Shown: piece after piece, positions 1-11,973 of the stretch
Layout: every line of letters begins with the position of its first letter
How positions within the stretch are numbered: the stretch's first letter is position 1
Source: Welwitschia mirabilis
Lineage: Eukaryota
Assembly: GCA_051453625.1 (NCBI GenBank)
Contig: JBOZIK010000001.1
Location: forward strand, 26,920,619-26,960,531
Reading direction: 5' to 3'
Length of the DNA stretch: 39,913 bases
The notes under the pieces: model-generated
Databases searched by the model: none
Seen by the model: the letters and a program-made list of their open reading frames with translations, nothing else
Told to the model about the DNA's origin: nothing
Translations under genes and position numbers: made by a program

Positions 1-1732
1 CTAGGTTAAAATTTTGGATAGGTAGGCTATCTTTTATTTATGTTACCAGTTTTCCATTCTTTTTATTTTCTTTTATGGTTTAATTAGTTATTTAAAAGTT
101 ATTTTTATATTTTCTTATCATTTCGTGTTTTTCTTACTCAGTCTTTTAATAAAGAATTAATTGATTTCTTGATTAAATAATTTTGTGATGTTTATTTTTA
201 GTATTTTGAAGTTTCTCAATACTACTCATAATTATTTTATGATGAAACATTTTCTTTGATTATTAGAATATTTTATACATTTACATTTTTCAAATCTAAC
301 TTTGCTTTACTTAGTTTTGCACTTAATCTAGAAACTTATCCAAATTCAAAAACACCCATCATCTACCTTCTCACTTCTGTCTACTTTGTTTACTTTACTA
401 GCCAATATGAGATGTATTATTTTTTTTTCCTCAGGGGGAGGGGAGGAAAACTCATTTTCATGACTATTTTCATAAATTTTTAAGTTATTTTAGAGCTTTC
501 ATAAGATAAAATTTTAAAAATTTCATACAGGTTATGCATTACATGTTATTTTGCTATGTGATGTGTTTTATGAGCCTATTTTATAATTTTAGATTAATTT
601 TTTGTAAGATAAATTAGCTCAGAATTGTGGTTTTTTACTTGATTTTTATTAGGGACTGATAAAGGATAAGTGGGGCGCTATGTTGTACTATCAATTTGTG
701 ATTATTTAATGGAGTTTTATAAGATGTTTTGTAGGACATTTGCATAAGTTTAAGTGCAATTCTAAGGATTTTAGAGAATTAATAGAAGATCTTAGAAATA
801 TGCAATTCTAATACATAGAGCTTTGGAGGAAGATTATTGATAAAAATGCTAGCTTCTCCTCCTTCAGATGGATAAATAAGACTATCGTCACCTCTGTTAT
901 CTTCATGATAGGTAGGATGACACACCATTAGATGCTGATATGAACTATTAAGTCATCTACTGAGTTACCTACTGAGTAATTTTTCTAGAAGGAGTTATTA
1001 TTTCCATCATCATTTAAATGATAGTCAAGATGACACTCACAATGTAATCGATTCTTATAGCTGATATTTGACCATTTCATCTGTTTCTTATCTGTAATGA
1101 AGCACGTATTGCAATTTCTTTTGTTTGTCATTTTTTAGTCTATAACCGTATAGATACATCCTCCTTTAACTCTTCTCTCCATCTTCGTTGCTCTAGAAAC
1201 TCTCATGATAGGAGATCAAAGGACAAGAGATCTATCTTAAGTGTTAGAGAAAGATGTTCCCTTAATAGAGGGTTGTGAATCCTCCATTGAGGTCCAAATA
1301 TTTTATAACCTAGATCTTTGTTTTCTATTTAATATAAACTCTATTTTCATTTGTGCATTTAGATTTGTTAGATGTCCCTTATGGTTTACGTTGCCCTTGA
1401 TCTCGTGATAATCTCTTGAATGGTATAGATCTTAAGGGTAGCTTTTGTTAAGGCTAAAATCAAGTAGTTTAGATTCATTTTGCATTACATTTAAGTTAGG
1501 TTTCATTTGCATTTATATTTCCTATTTATTTTTTACATTATTATTTAATTTTTATTATCATTCTCTTGTGGAAATCAATTCTTATTATCCTCTTGTAAGT
1601 CTTCAATGAGATATAACATTCGAGTTCACTTCCAACTATACTAGTGTGTTGTATTGTGCAATATATTCATTTTATTTGTGAATGATATGATTTATTTAAG
1701 TATAAATATTTGCATAAATACACACTACAATA
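1..1732 (+). mobile_element. 3' end (3' UTR, PPT, 3' LTR) of Athila-like Ty3/Gypsy element B, inserted into the 5' LTR of element A
   Basis: 1-120 aligns with 18095 onward and ~490-510 with ~19394-19415 of element A. GATTTTTATTAGGGACTGATAAAGGATAAGTGGGGCGCTA-TGTTGTACTATCAA (641-694) matches the PPT/LTR junction of A at ~21205-21256. Confidence 0.8.
681..1732 (+). repeat. 3' LTR of Athila-like element B (~1.05 kb)
   Basis: Starts TGTTGTACTATCAA right after the PPT (AAGTGGGG, 668-675). Ends TTTGCATAAATACACACTACAATA, homologous to the LTR-A ends at 2906 and 22507 (terminal CA decayed to TA). Confidence 0.8.
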
Positions 1733-2906
1733 AGGTGTTATTGCTTCATAACATAGATGTTTATTTGACTTAATTAAAAATCTAATTTTATTTTTATATC
1801 ATTTGTTATGTGCATTTCTCTTATGGTTCATGTTGATTATGATTCTGTGATAACTTCATCTATGATATAGATCATGAGGGAAATCTTTATTAAGTTCGGC
1901 ATTATTAGTTTAGGTGCATTTAATTTAATTTTCTAGATTAACTTTGCATTTTTTCATATTCTGTTTAATGCACTTGATACCTTAAGTTGGTTTTGATTTG
2001 GTAATAGATTTTATTGATTGTTCTAAATTATATAGGATTGATCTTCATGATAGGTTAATTTAATAATTAAATAAACATTGCATTTAAAATAGAACTTATA
2101 TCTCATTTGCATAGTATATCATTTTACATTATTATTTGCATTATTATTTTGTTCTACTAGAAAGTATATAAGTGTTTTATTTGAAATCAATTCTCTTTCT
2201 TCTAATTCATGCCTTCGACGAAAANNNNNNNNNNNNNNNNNNNNNNNNNNNNNNNNNNNNNNNNNNNNNNNNNNNNNNNNNNNNNNNNNNNNNNNNNNNN
2301 NNNNNNNNNNNNNNNNNNNNNNNNNNNNNNNNNNNNNNNNNNNNNNNNNNNNNNNNNNNNNNNNNNNNNNNNNNNNNNNNNNNNNNNNNNNNNNNNNNNN
2401 NNNNNNNNNNNNNNNNNNNNNNNNNNNNNNNNNNNNNNNNNNNNNNNNNNNNNNNNNNNNNNNNNNNNNNNNNNNNNNNNNNNNNNNNNNNNNNNNNNNN
2501 NNNNNNNNNNNNNNNNNNNNNNNNNNNNNNNNNNNNNNNNNNNNNNNNNNNNNNNNNNNNNNNNNNNNNNNNNNNNNNNNNNNNNNNNNNNNNNNNNNNN
2601 NNNNNNNNNNNNNNNNNNNNNNNNNNNNNNNNNNNNNNNNNNNNNNNNNNNNNNNNNNNNNNNNNNNNNNNNNNNNNNNNNNNNNNNNNNNNNNNNNNNN
2701 NNNNNNNNNNNNNNNNNNNNNNNNNNNNNNNNNNNNNNNNNNNNNNNNNNNNNNNNNNNNNNNNNNNNNNNNNNNNNNNNNNNNNNNNNNNNNNNNNNNN
2801 NNNNNNNNNNNNNNNNNNNNNNNNNNNNNNNNNNNNNNNNNNNNNNNNNATATAGATATAGGATTTATTTGAGAACATAACATTTACACAAATACACATC
2901 GCAACA
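1733..2906 (+). repeat. 3' portion of the 5' LTR of element A (contains a 625-N gap)
   Basis: AGGTGTTATTGCTTCATAACATAGATGTTTATTTGACTTAATTAA aligns to 21897 onward and stays colinear up to the gap and after it. Ends ...CATCGCAACA at 2906. Confidence 0.85.
2225..2849. other. Assembly gap (625 N); other gaps at 8252-8328, 23835-24577, 28925-28934, 38614-38801
   Basis: Runs of N in the sequence. Confidence 0.99.
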
Positions 2907-2909
2907 TCT

Positions 2910-2927
2910 TGGCACTAAAGTCAGGAA
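2910..2927 (+). promoter_or_regulatory. Decayed primer-binding site of element A (Athila-type TGGCGCCGTTGCCGGGGA)
   Basis: TGGCACTAAAGTCAGGAA lies 3 nt after the LTR end. It differs from the Athila consensus by C>T/G>A transitions plus TT>AA. Confidence 0.65.
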
Positions 2928-3589
2928 AGGCTTCTTGGAGTTTAAGGATTACTATTACTCAAATAAGTAGCTTGGATTTCTGTTTAGATATTTGTTTGTA
3001 ATAGTATTGAATCTTTACAATAGAAACATAGGTTTTTTCTTGTATATTTTTATTTTCATTTTAAAAATAACACCCTATTATCCCCTTATCATCTAGATGA
3101 CGTGCAGTGATGAGGGTCTGTGAAACTTAGGGTTTTTCATTTATTTAAAAACTATGATTTTTCTTATCCTTCTCTCTATCATCTAGATGACTCAGAGAAT
3201 GACTATTATTTTTTATTTTGTGTTATTTTATGATTTTATTTTTTTATGTTCTTTTTTTTTGGGTTTTTTATACTTTTTATTATCTAGGAATATTGTCCAG
3301 ATGACCACAGAAATGACATTTATAAAAATAGAACTAAGAATGCTAGGACATGATAAACTCCTATAAAAATATAATATATCAGAGCAAGTGGTTATTGATA
3401 GAAGAAAATATCTAAGAAGGTTTAATTGACTATGAACTAAACCCAGGTACACACACCCTAGGTACATAAAATATTTCAATAATTGAGTAAGAACATTTTA
3501 TTGCATTTATTATTTATGAATCTTATTTTTTCAAAGAAATTTTTTCAAAAGAAAATTTAGAAGAAAATAGTTTTATTTCAATGTCAAAT

Positions 3590-3743
3590 TGTATAAAAAA
3601 ATAGAAACAAATAGCTTCACCTAATTCCCCTATCTTGATAAGAACCTCTACTATTCTCATAAATCTAAATGCTAATGTTACTCTTAAAGAACTAAATGCA
3701 AATAAAAATCATGAAATCTAAAATACTTTTAACCTACCTACTG
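3590..3743 (+). pseudogene. N-terminal gag fragment of element A
   Basis: Translates ...NVTLKELNANKNHEI*NTFNLPT, like the Gypsy gag TL[RK]EL motif. It continues in frame as (T)DVEL at 11974, after the Copia insertion. Confidence 0.5.
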
Positions 3744-3744
3744 A

Positions 3745-4767
3745 GACTTTTAAGTAGTCGACCATAGCTAAAGATCATACAAAAATGAATTGATTTCAGA
3801 GGAGTCGATTAGACTCAAAGTGGCATTTATCCTTTACCAGCAAGGGGTCTATTGAACATTTATGGAATTGACCAGATCTAAAGAAGAAAATAGTAATGCA
3901 TTCTTTTCCTAACCAAGGGGGTGACCAGATGAATATGCAGGAAACTAGATATGAGGTTACTGGACCTTGATGAATAGACTAGACATGGAACTGTAAGAAA
4001 TAGGCATCAACCAAAAGAACATGAGGGCAACCGACTTTAATTATGGTACTTGATGGGGTTATCAGACTTTTAAGAGGTTAACTGGTTATGTCATAAATTG
4101 GATTTTTCTAGCCATTATGAGTTTGTTTTATGTTTGTTGAAAGATCTTTTTACCTATAAAAACCCTAAAAGTTTTTCACTATATATTTGCCATAAGTTAA
4201 AATCACTATACCAATTTTGAATCTTTTTGAAATCATTCATTGAAATCATTGGCATATCCTACATCACCAAAGATGAACTAAGAACTAATGATATCTTTGC
4301 ATATTTGATTAAGTTAATTGCATGTACACTTTTAAATTGTACAATCTTCTCAAGCAAATGTACAATACCATTCTTGAGGCAAAGATTGGGTAAAAATTAT
4401 GCATTTCAGTACACCACTATTACCACTTCATTTTCTTATTAAAGGTTGATACCAAGCCTCAGAAAATTTCATTTATAAAGGTTATAGGTAAACTTGGAAT
4501 ATGTGGAAATAGTTTAACAGAAATCTAGATTAGGCTTGGATAGAATCTAATTGTTGAGAGTGGAGTAGGGGTTTTCCTGAATCACTATAAATCTTGTGTA
4601 CTTTTCATTAATATTTCTATGCTGTCTATTCTTTAATTTTTCAAAATAGTTTCAACTTACTTGTACAAGTTTTTTTGTATTCATTTCAAGTGAAATTATT
4701 TTTATTAAGTTATTTTATTAAATTTTTAGAATCTTATTCCTCCCCTGCAAGGGTTGTCGATCCTACA
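3745..4767 (+). repeat. 5' LTR of the Sirevirus-like element (5'-truncated, lacks the internal tandem array)
   Basis: Aligns to ~10666-10731 and then ~11013-11973. Ends ...GATCCTACA at 4767. Confidence 0.85.
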
Positions 4768-4769
4768 TT

Positions 4770-4781
4770 TACTATCAAAGC
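4770..4781 (+). promoter_or_regulatory. Decayed tRNA-iMet primer-binding site
   Basis: TACTATCAAAGC versus consensus TGGTATCAGAGC (9/12), 2 nt after the LTR end. Confidence 0.7.
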
Positions 4782-4833
4782 TTCATTGAGTTTGTATTAA
4801 GATCCTAATAGGTTTAGACTCTAGAACACAAAA

Positions 4834-7800
4834 ATGAATAGTTGTTTTGAGGGTTTTTCCACTGGTAATTTACCTATATTTGATGGGTTAAACTATGTGT
4901 ATTGGAAACCTAAATGAGAATATTTCTTAGATCCCTACATGCAGACATTGAAGAGATCATTTACAATGGATATATTATGTCCACTTTATCTAAAACCAAT
5001 GCCCATGGTAATATCATTATAGTTTTAAAAACTTGAAACTAATGAACTCCCACTAATAGATTCAAAGCTACCATAGGTGCTCATGCTTTTAATGATGTAG
5101 TTTGTATAAACAAGTTCAAATGGATTGTAAAATGCAAAAATGCAAAAGAAGCATGGGACATTCTTAAGGTTGCACATAAAGGGATATCCACTATTAAGTA
5201 GGCCAAACTCCAAATGATCATTTCCAAATTCGAAGACATTCATATGGATGCAAAAGAAATATTATAGGAATTATTTATTAGACTCATTGACATGGTGTAT
5301 TTCATGGAAATGCTAATTAAAAAAATGAATGAGACAAAAGTGGTTCTAAAAGTGCTAAGATCCCTTCCAAAAAGGTTTAAGCCAAAAGTCATCGTAATAA
5401 AAGAAAGCAAGAATATCAACAAGATGGCTCTTGAAAAATTACAATGTAATTTATATAATTATGAATTGAAATTTTCTAAGGATAAAAAGAAAGCTATTAC
5501 TCTAAAGTGTATGCAATAAGAGTATATGTCAGAAAAATCGGATGAAAATCTTGATGATGATGAACGTATTCTACTAGCAATAAGATTTAAGAATTTTTTG
5601 CACAAAATAAAGAAAGAAGGTAAGCTAAGTAGAGGAACAAAAAGAGATCACTAAAAGCTTAGGAAAGATCAAGATAAAGGAAAATAAATCTAATGTTATG
5701 CATGCAAAGGCTTTGAACACATGGCAAATGAGTGTCCAAATAACAAGAGAGAATATATAAAGTCAAAGACATCTTCATTCATTACTACATGGGACAATGT
5801 AGATAAGGATGATGACAGTTATTCTAGCCAAAATTTAGATGGAGGATGAAGGATATCCTTTATGGTAATTGTGCCTCTATTACAAAACCTCCTTAGGACA
5901 TCTAACCTAATGATTTGAATTTCACTAAAGAAGATCAAAATGGACTCAAAAACACCTATAAAAAACTTTACATGGAATGTGAAAAACTATCAAAATGCAT
6001 TAATAATCTAAACAAGATTGTGAAAACTCTTACCAAAGAAAAGGAGGAAATGGGAATGAAGTATAAATTGGTCAAATTTGAAAATTTCAAGCTTGTACTT
6101 AAGGTAAAAGACTTACCACATTTTGTTAATAAATTTTCTAGTGGCTTGACTAAATTAGATCAGATGATTAGAATACAAAAATTGACTTATGATAAGATAG
6201 GTTTTAGTTTCATTTACAAAAGACCATAATATCAGCAAAATTAGGTAACTTGACAAAATAAGTTTTATTCTAAAGTTATATGTAATTTTTGTAATAAGTC
6301 AGATCATTCAAAGTTATTTTGTAATGATAGAAAATTGATGTTATTTTTAAATTTAGTTAGTACTTTTCATTTAAATTTTTTCTAAGAGGAGGTGTATTAC
6401 ATCAGTTTAAAAGGACTAAATGGGTAAAATCTAATAATCTAAAAAGTATTTTAATTCAAATAGCTTTCAAGTTTTCAAATTAAACTAGTTGGTATCTGGA
6501 AACTAGCTACTTGTCATATGATGGGAGATGAGTCTAGATTCAAAAAATTAAATTATTTTAATAGAAAATAAGTTACTTTTAGTGTTAATGAAAGAGCCAA
6601 AATCAAAGGAATTAGAAGCATTGGTGGAAGTAACTTACCTAAAATAAATTAAGTTTTGTATGTCAATGGTTTAAAGCATAATTTACTTAGCATTAGTTAA
6701 ATTTATGATAAAGATCATAAGGTTGTTTCTAATAGTACTAAATATGAAGTTAAACGTGATTAAACAAATGAAATTAATCTCAAAGCAAATAGAATAGATA
6801 ATGCTTATATCATTGATCAATCATTTTTTGCTTGTTATTTTTCTCATGTTAATCAAGAAGATCTTTGACATAAATGTTTAGATCATGTGAATTATGATCA
6901 TTTAAAAATAATTATTAGAAAAGAAATTGTTAAATCAATTTCAAAAATAAATGTTAAAAAATAATCTTTATGATACATGTTAAAAAGAAAAATAAATAAT
7001 AACATCACACAAGAGTAAAAACCAAGTTTCCACAACCATGCCTTTAAAACTTATTCATATGGACTTGGTAGGACTAGCTCAAACTCAAAGTTTATAAGGT
7101 AAACATTATTTTCTATCCATGGCTGATAATTTTTCAGGATATACATGGGTTAAATTTCTTTCAAATAAATATGAAACATATAAACATTAGGTTAAAATAT
7201 GTAATAAAATTCAAAACGAGAAAGGCTATACCATAAAGAAAATAAGAAGCGATCATGGTGGTGAGTTTGAAAACCATTTATTTGAAAGGTATTATATTGA
7301 TAATGGTATTGATTGTTAATTCTTTTCCCCTAAAATTCCTCAACAAAATTAAATTACTAAGAGAAAGAATAGAGTCCTCTAAGAAATGGTAAGAACTATG
7401 TTGAATGACAAGGAGGTTCCAAAATATTTTTGGACTGAAGCCATTAGCACTATGTATTATATTATAAACAAAGTTTACCTTAGACCTAGAATGGATAAAA
7501 TGCCTTATGAGTCGTGAAAAGGAAGATAACCAAACATCTCTAAATGAAAATTTAGCAATATTTCTAAACAAAAATGGTTATATCCATGGAATAATAAATA
7601 AAACTTTATTTGTTAAGAACTTGAAAAACGATTTTATCATTAGACAAATTTATGTGGATGATATCACATTTGATGCCTCTAATAAAGTTTTATTAAAAGA
7701 ATTTGCAAATACCATGCAATACAGTTTGAGATAAGCATGCTTGATGAAGTTAGAATGTTTCTTAGATTATAGATTAAGTAATTAAAGAATGGAATTTTTA

Positions 7801-8589
7801 TTTCTTAATTTAAATATGCAAAGGATTTAATCAAATGATTTAAATTGGAAAATGCTAAAATAATTAATAATCCTATGTCAACTTCTTATAAAATTAGTTT
7901 AGATGAAGGTGGAAAATTAGTAGATTAGAATCTTTATAGAAGCATAATTAGAAGTTTGTTATATTTAACTCCAAGTAGACCCAATAATATATTTAGTATT
8001 AGTGTGTGTGCAAGGTACTAAAACCAACCAAAAGAATCCCACCTACAAGAAGTAAAAAGAATAATAAGATATATAAAGGGTACATGTAATTATGAATTAT
8101 GGTACCCAACTAAGATATCTTTTGATATTGCAGGATTTAGTGATGCAGATTAGGCTGGGTACAAGGATAGTAGAAAAAGCATAAGTGGTAATTACTTTCT
8201 ATTAGAATCATGCTTAGTGGAATGAGCTTGTAAAAAACAAAACTCAATCTCNNNNNNNNNNNNNNNNNNNNNNNNNNNNNNNNNNNNNNNNNNNNNNNNN
8301 NNNNNNNNNNNNNNNNNNNNNNNNNNNNAGTATAGTTTTTGAATAGGTTCTTATTTTCTGTGATAATACTAATGTAATAAATATTTCTAAAAATCCTGTT
8401 TAGCATTTTAGAACTAAATGCATTAAACTAAGACATCATTTTGTAAGAGATCAAGTTGAAAAAAGAAAACATTTCTATGAATTTTCTTAGTATAGATCAT
8501 CAACTTGCTAATATCTTTACTAAACCTCTAAATTTTAATAATCTTCTTCATCTTCATAATAAATTGGGGATTATCTCTCTATCCTCTAA
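4834..8589 (+). pseudogene. Copia gag-pol pseudogene (gag, protease, integrase, partial RT, RNase H)
   Basis: Gag: LPIFDGLNYVYWKP (~4870), KVLRSLPKRFKPKV (~5349), knuckles CYACKGFEHMANEC (~5693) and CNFCNKSDHSKLFC (~6281). Protease: WYLETS (~6490). Integrase: PLKLIHMDLVG (~7041), IRSDHGGEFEN (~7242). RT: QIYVDDITF (~7645). RNase H: GFSDAD (~8133), HQLANIFTKPL (~8498). Many stops and frameshifts. Confidence 0.92.
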
Positions 8590-8913
8590 CTGATTTCAAG
8601 GTAATTGACTAGATCTGTGATTCAATCGATCGTAGGTAGTCAAGCGACCAGACTGAAAACCCAATTTCTTGAACCCTCAAGTACTATAACCCACATTTCG
8701 ACGGGTCGACTAGACCTTAAACTAGTTGACTATACTTATAAATTATAGTCTAATAGATTCATTAGTGGATCTAATTTTTGATCAAATCTTACCTAATCGA
8801 CCTTCTTTTAAAAAGTGATTGGAGTCCAAACCCTTTTTATTATCTTCTATTCATCTGTCTCCTTTAAATCTAATGTCTCTTTCAGATTTTTCTTATCTCC
8901 AAGCTCCTGCCAC

Positions 8914-9988
8914 ATGGTTGTCATAGATGAGAATCCCTCTAAGAGGAAGCAAAAGGAGGTAATTAGCAAAGATCATTCTTATTTCTACTGTGAAATATCT
9001 TAATAATCTTTAGATAAGTTTAGTGAGAAGTTTGAAAAGAAGCCAATGTGCTGAAAAAGGAATGTTACAACTACAGAGCTAAAGGATCTCAAAGATGTGA
9101 TCTAAATTTTTTAAGATCTAGATATTTCCTATTTTCTTGATGTTTTAGGGCCTACTTACTCTTTTCTCATTAGAATGTTCTATTGCAATGCTTCTTATGA
9201 TGTCAACAATGCAACCATGGAAACCCTAGTTTTGGAGAAGAAGATAAGGGTTACTGCAAACTACATTGATACTATTGCTAATCTCATAAGAGGAAACTAT
9301 GATGAATTTTTACCTCTTTGTAACTCTATGGAAGAAAAAGCAAAGGTAACAAGGAAACTTTATGATAAGTTTCATAGGTGGAAAACCACCCTTTCTACTT
9401 CTCTCTTTACCCCAAAATATAGGTTTTTGCATTTAGTTTTTATATATAATTTCTTATCTTTGGTGGGTTATTATGAAGAGACCTTTAACTATAGGGACTA
9501 TTTGATGTACTTGGTAGGAACTAGGCACTTTATTAATGCCTCTACCATAATACTAAAGAATATGGTCTCCTAGTTGGAGTACCATAAGACTAGGGCTTTA
9601 CCCTACTTAGTACTGATTACTAATCCATGTCATCAGTATAGAGTCCATTTTTGTCCAAAACTGAAAACCCTTAATGTTATGTTAGCCATTAGGGATGTAA
9701 TGTTGTTTCAAATGGATATCTTTGTAGGTTCAAGAAATCCTCAAAATATCCTTCTCCCAAGTAAGCCTCATTAGAGGAGACTCTTTCATACCTCAAGTGA
9801 AATAGACTCTCATACCAGACATATGAAAGAAGCTCTGATCATAGTTGGGTATCATAGCTAGGTATGAGATTATAGACACTTTATATAAAGTTGAAAGCTC
9901 AACATAGAAGGCTATTAAAGAAGAGAAATAGAAAGAATAAGAAGGTTCTGAAGAAGAATCAAAGGAGGGATCTAAAAATTCTAATTGA
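8914..9988 (+). pseudogene. Sirevirus env-like (extra) ORF, degenerate
   Basis: Lies between pol and the PPT. ORF-track pieces 9175-9573 and 9574-9774 carry RMFYCN, RFLHLVFIYNFL, INASTIILKNM and LPYLVLIT, resembling the conserved blocks of plant retroelement env-like ORFs. Confidence 0.7.
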
Positions 9989-10051
9989 TCCTCTTTTTGT
10001 GCTTATGTTTTTCTAAAATTTTCATATTTATATTTCTTCTATTCTTTGTCA

Positions 10052-10497
10052 TTGATGTTAAAAGGGGGAGAATTAGTTAGTTAATCTTACTACTTTCATT
10101 TTTATCTGCTCTTGATGATCACTTTTTATTGTAATGTTTAGCTTTTAGTAATAGAAATGCACTTGGTTATCATGAACTATAATTTCTGTTTCATGTTTTT
10201 AGTGCACATCTATTTTCATCATGAACTATAATTTATAATATATGTTATAATTATTTAAAAAAATCATGATCAAAATGTTATTTATTACATATATTTTGGT
10301 ATTTTTTATATCTCATAAATTATATTACAAATTATTTTAATTATGGCACAAGTTAGAAACTTTTCAAAATGTCCTATTTGATATAAAATGTTCAATATCT
10401 TTTACAAAAGTTAATAGGCATTTAATGAGGGGAAGTTTCTCCAAATTTAATATTTTCAATTAAGAAAAACTTTGCCATTAATATCAAAGGAGGATAT
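10052..10497 (+). promoter_or_regulatory. Multiple polypurine-tract region upstream of the Sirevirus 3' LTR
   Basis: TGATGTTAAAAGGGGGAGAA (~10053-10072), GAGGGGAAG (~10427) and ATCAAAGGAGGATAT (10483-10497, decayed AAAGGGGGAGAT). Confidence 0.7.
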
Positions 10498-11973
10498 TAT
10501 TAAATTATTATTTTCCAATGTAATGTCAAACTAATGTTTTCTATTTAAAAAAACATGTTGTATCTTGTGCAGAAAATATTAATCATTGTAGGTTAGAAAT
10601 TAAAACAATTTATCATATTTTGATTCTAAACTTATTAGTTTTTATACCCTCTTAAGGAATTAACTAGACTTCTAAAGGGTTGATCGCATTTGAATATTAC
10701 ACAAAAATAAACTAATTTTAGAGGGGGTTGAACAAACACATAAGGGGGTAACTAAACTTATGCATCTGATACTTCTTACCCAATTTTCTAGGGGTGAACC
10801 AGATTCCTAAGGAATTGACTGAACCTAAGCATTGATACTTTATAGCTAATCATTAAGGGATCAACCAGATTTTTGAGGGATCAAATTAACTTTAGCATTA
10901 ATATTTTATAGCCAATTGTCAAGGGATTGACTAGATTCCTGAGGGGTTGACTAGACCTGAGCATTAATACTTTATAGCCAATCGTCAAGGGATTGATTCA
11001 ATTCCTAAGGGGTTAACTGACCTAGAGTGGCATTCACCTTTTTTTAGTAAGGGATTGAACAAATATTTATGGATCAAATTAACCTAGAGTAGAAAATAAT
11101 GATGCATTTTTTCCTAACCAAGGGAGTGACTGAATGAATATACAAGTGACTGAATAAGTAGTTGACTAAACCCTGAGGGGTCAACTGGACATGGAGCCAT
11201 AAGAAACAAGGGTCGACTGGAAGAACATGAGGGTGATCAACTTTAGTGACAACACCAGATGGAGTCGACTAAAATTTTAAGGGGTCAACTAGTCATGATA
11301 GAAATGGGAGTTTTTTAGCCATTATGAGTCTGTTTTATGTCTATTGGAATATCTTTTTACTTATGAAAACCTTGAAATTCTTCCACTATATATTTTCCAT
11401 GAGTCAAAATCACTATATCACTTTTGAATCCTTTTGAAATCATTCATTAAACTCATTAACATCTCTTATTTAACTAAAGACAAATTAAGAACTATTGGTA
11501 TCTTTGCATACCTGGTCAAGTCAGTTACACTGTATGCTTTTAGATTATACAATCTTCTCAAGCAAGTGTAGTAATAGAATTCTTAAGCTAAAGATCAAGT
11601 GAAACCTATGCATTTCGGTGCACCATTATCACCACTTTACTTTCTACAAAATGTTGAGATTAAGCCTTAGAAAAGTCTATTTGTAAAGGTTACAAATGAA
11701 TTTGAAATACCTAGAAAAATTTTAATAGAGATTCATATTAAGCTTAGATAGAAGCTAATCATCAAGAGTGGAGTAGGGGGTTTCCTGAACCACTATAAAC
11801 CTTGTGTTCTTTTCATTAGTATTTTTGTGCTTTCTATATTTTAGTTTTTTAAGAATAGTTTTAGTTTACTTGCACAAGTTTTTTATGTTCATTTCAAGTG
11901 AAATTATGTTTATGAAGTTATTTAATTAAATTTTTATAATCCTATTCACCACCCTAAGGTTCTCAATCCTATA
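10498..11973 (+). repeat. 3' LTR of the Sirevirus-like element (~1.48 kb)
   Basis: Begins TAT (decayed TGT) after the PPT and ends CCTATTCACCACCCTAAGG...TCCTATA. Colinear with 3745-4767. Confidence 0.85.
10762..11026 (+). repeat. Tandem array of four ~66-bp units inside the 3' LTR
   Basis: Units GCATTRATACTTTATAGCCAAT...GGGATTGACYAGATTCCT...GGGTTGACT start at 10762, 10829, 10895 and 10961. Confidence 0.85.

Larger units (their letters stand above)
3745..11973 (+). mobile_element. Sirevirus (SIRE/Maximus)-like Ty1/Copia element, degenerate
   Basis: Two homologous LTRs, Met-type PBS, extended gag with two CCHC knuckles, PR-IN-RT-RH order, a post-pol env-like ORF and multiple PPT-like tracts. 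Confidence 0.9.

Noticed and set aside
256..483. Short hydrophobic ORFs (also 3228-3479, 20817-21050, 29770-29961, 32205-32399)
   Set aside because: F/L/I/Y-rich translations of AT-rich non-coding TE sequence with no motifs.
2119..2899. Four 220-254 aa ORFs in the ORF track
   Set aside because: Artefacts of translating the N gap.
10762..11026. Regular 66-bp periodicity resembling a CRISPR repeat-spacer array
   Set aside because: The whole unit is repeated with no unique spacers, it lies inside a plant LTR, and there are no cas genes.
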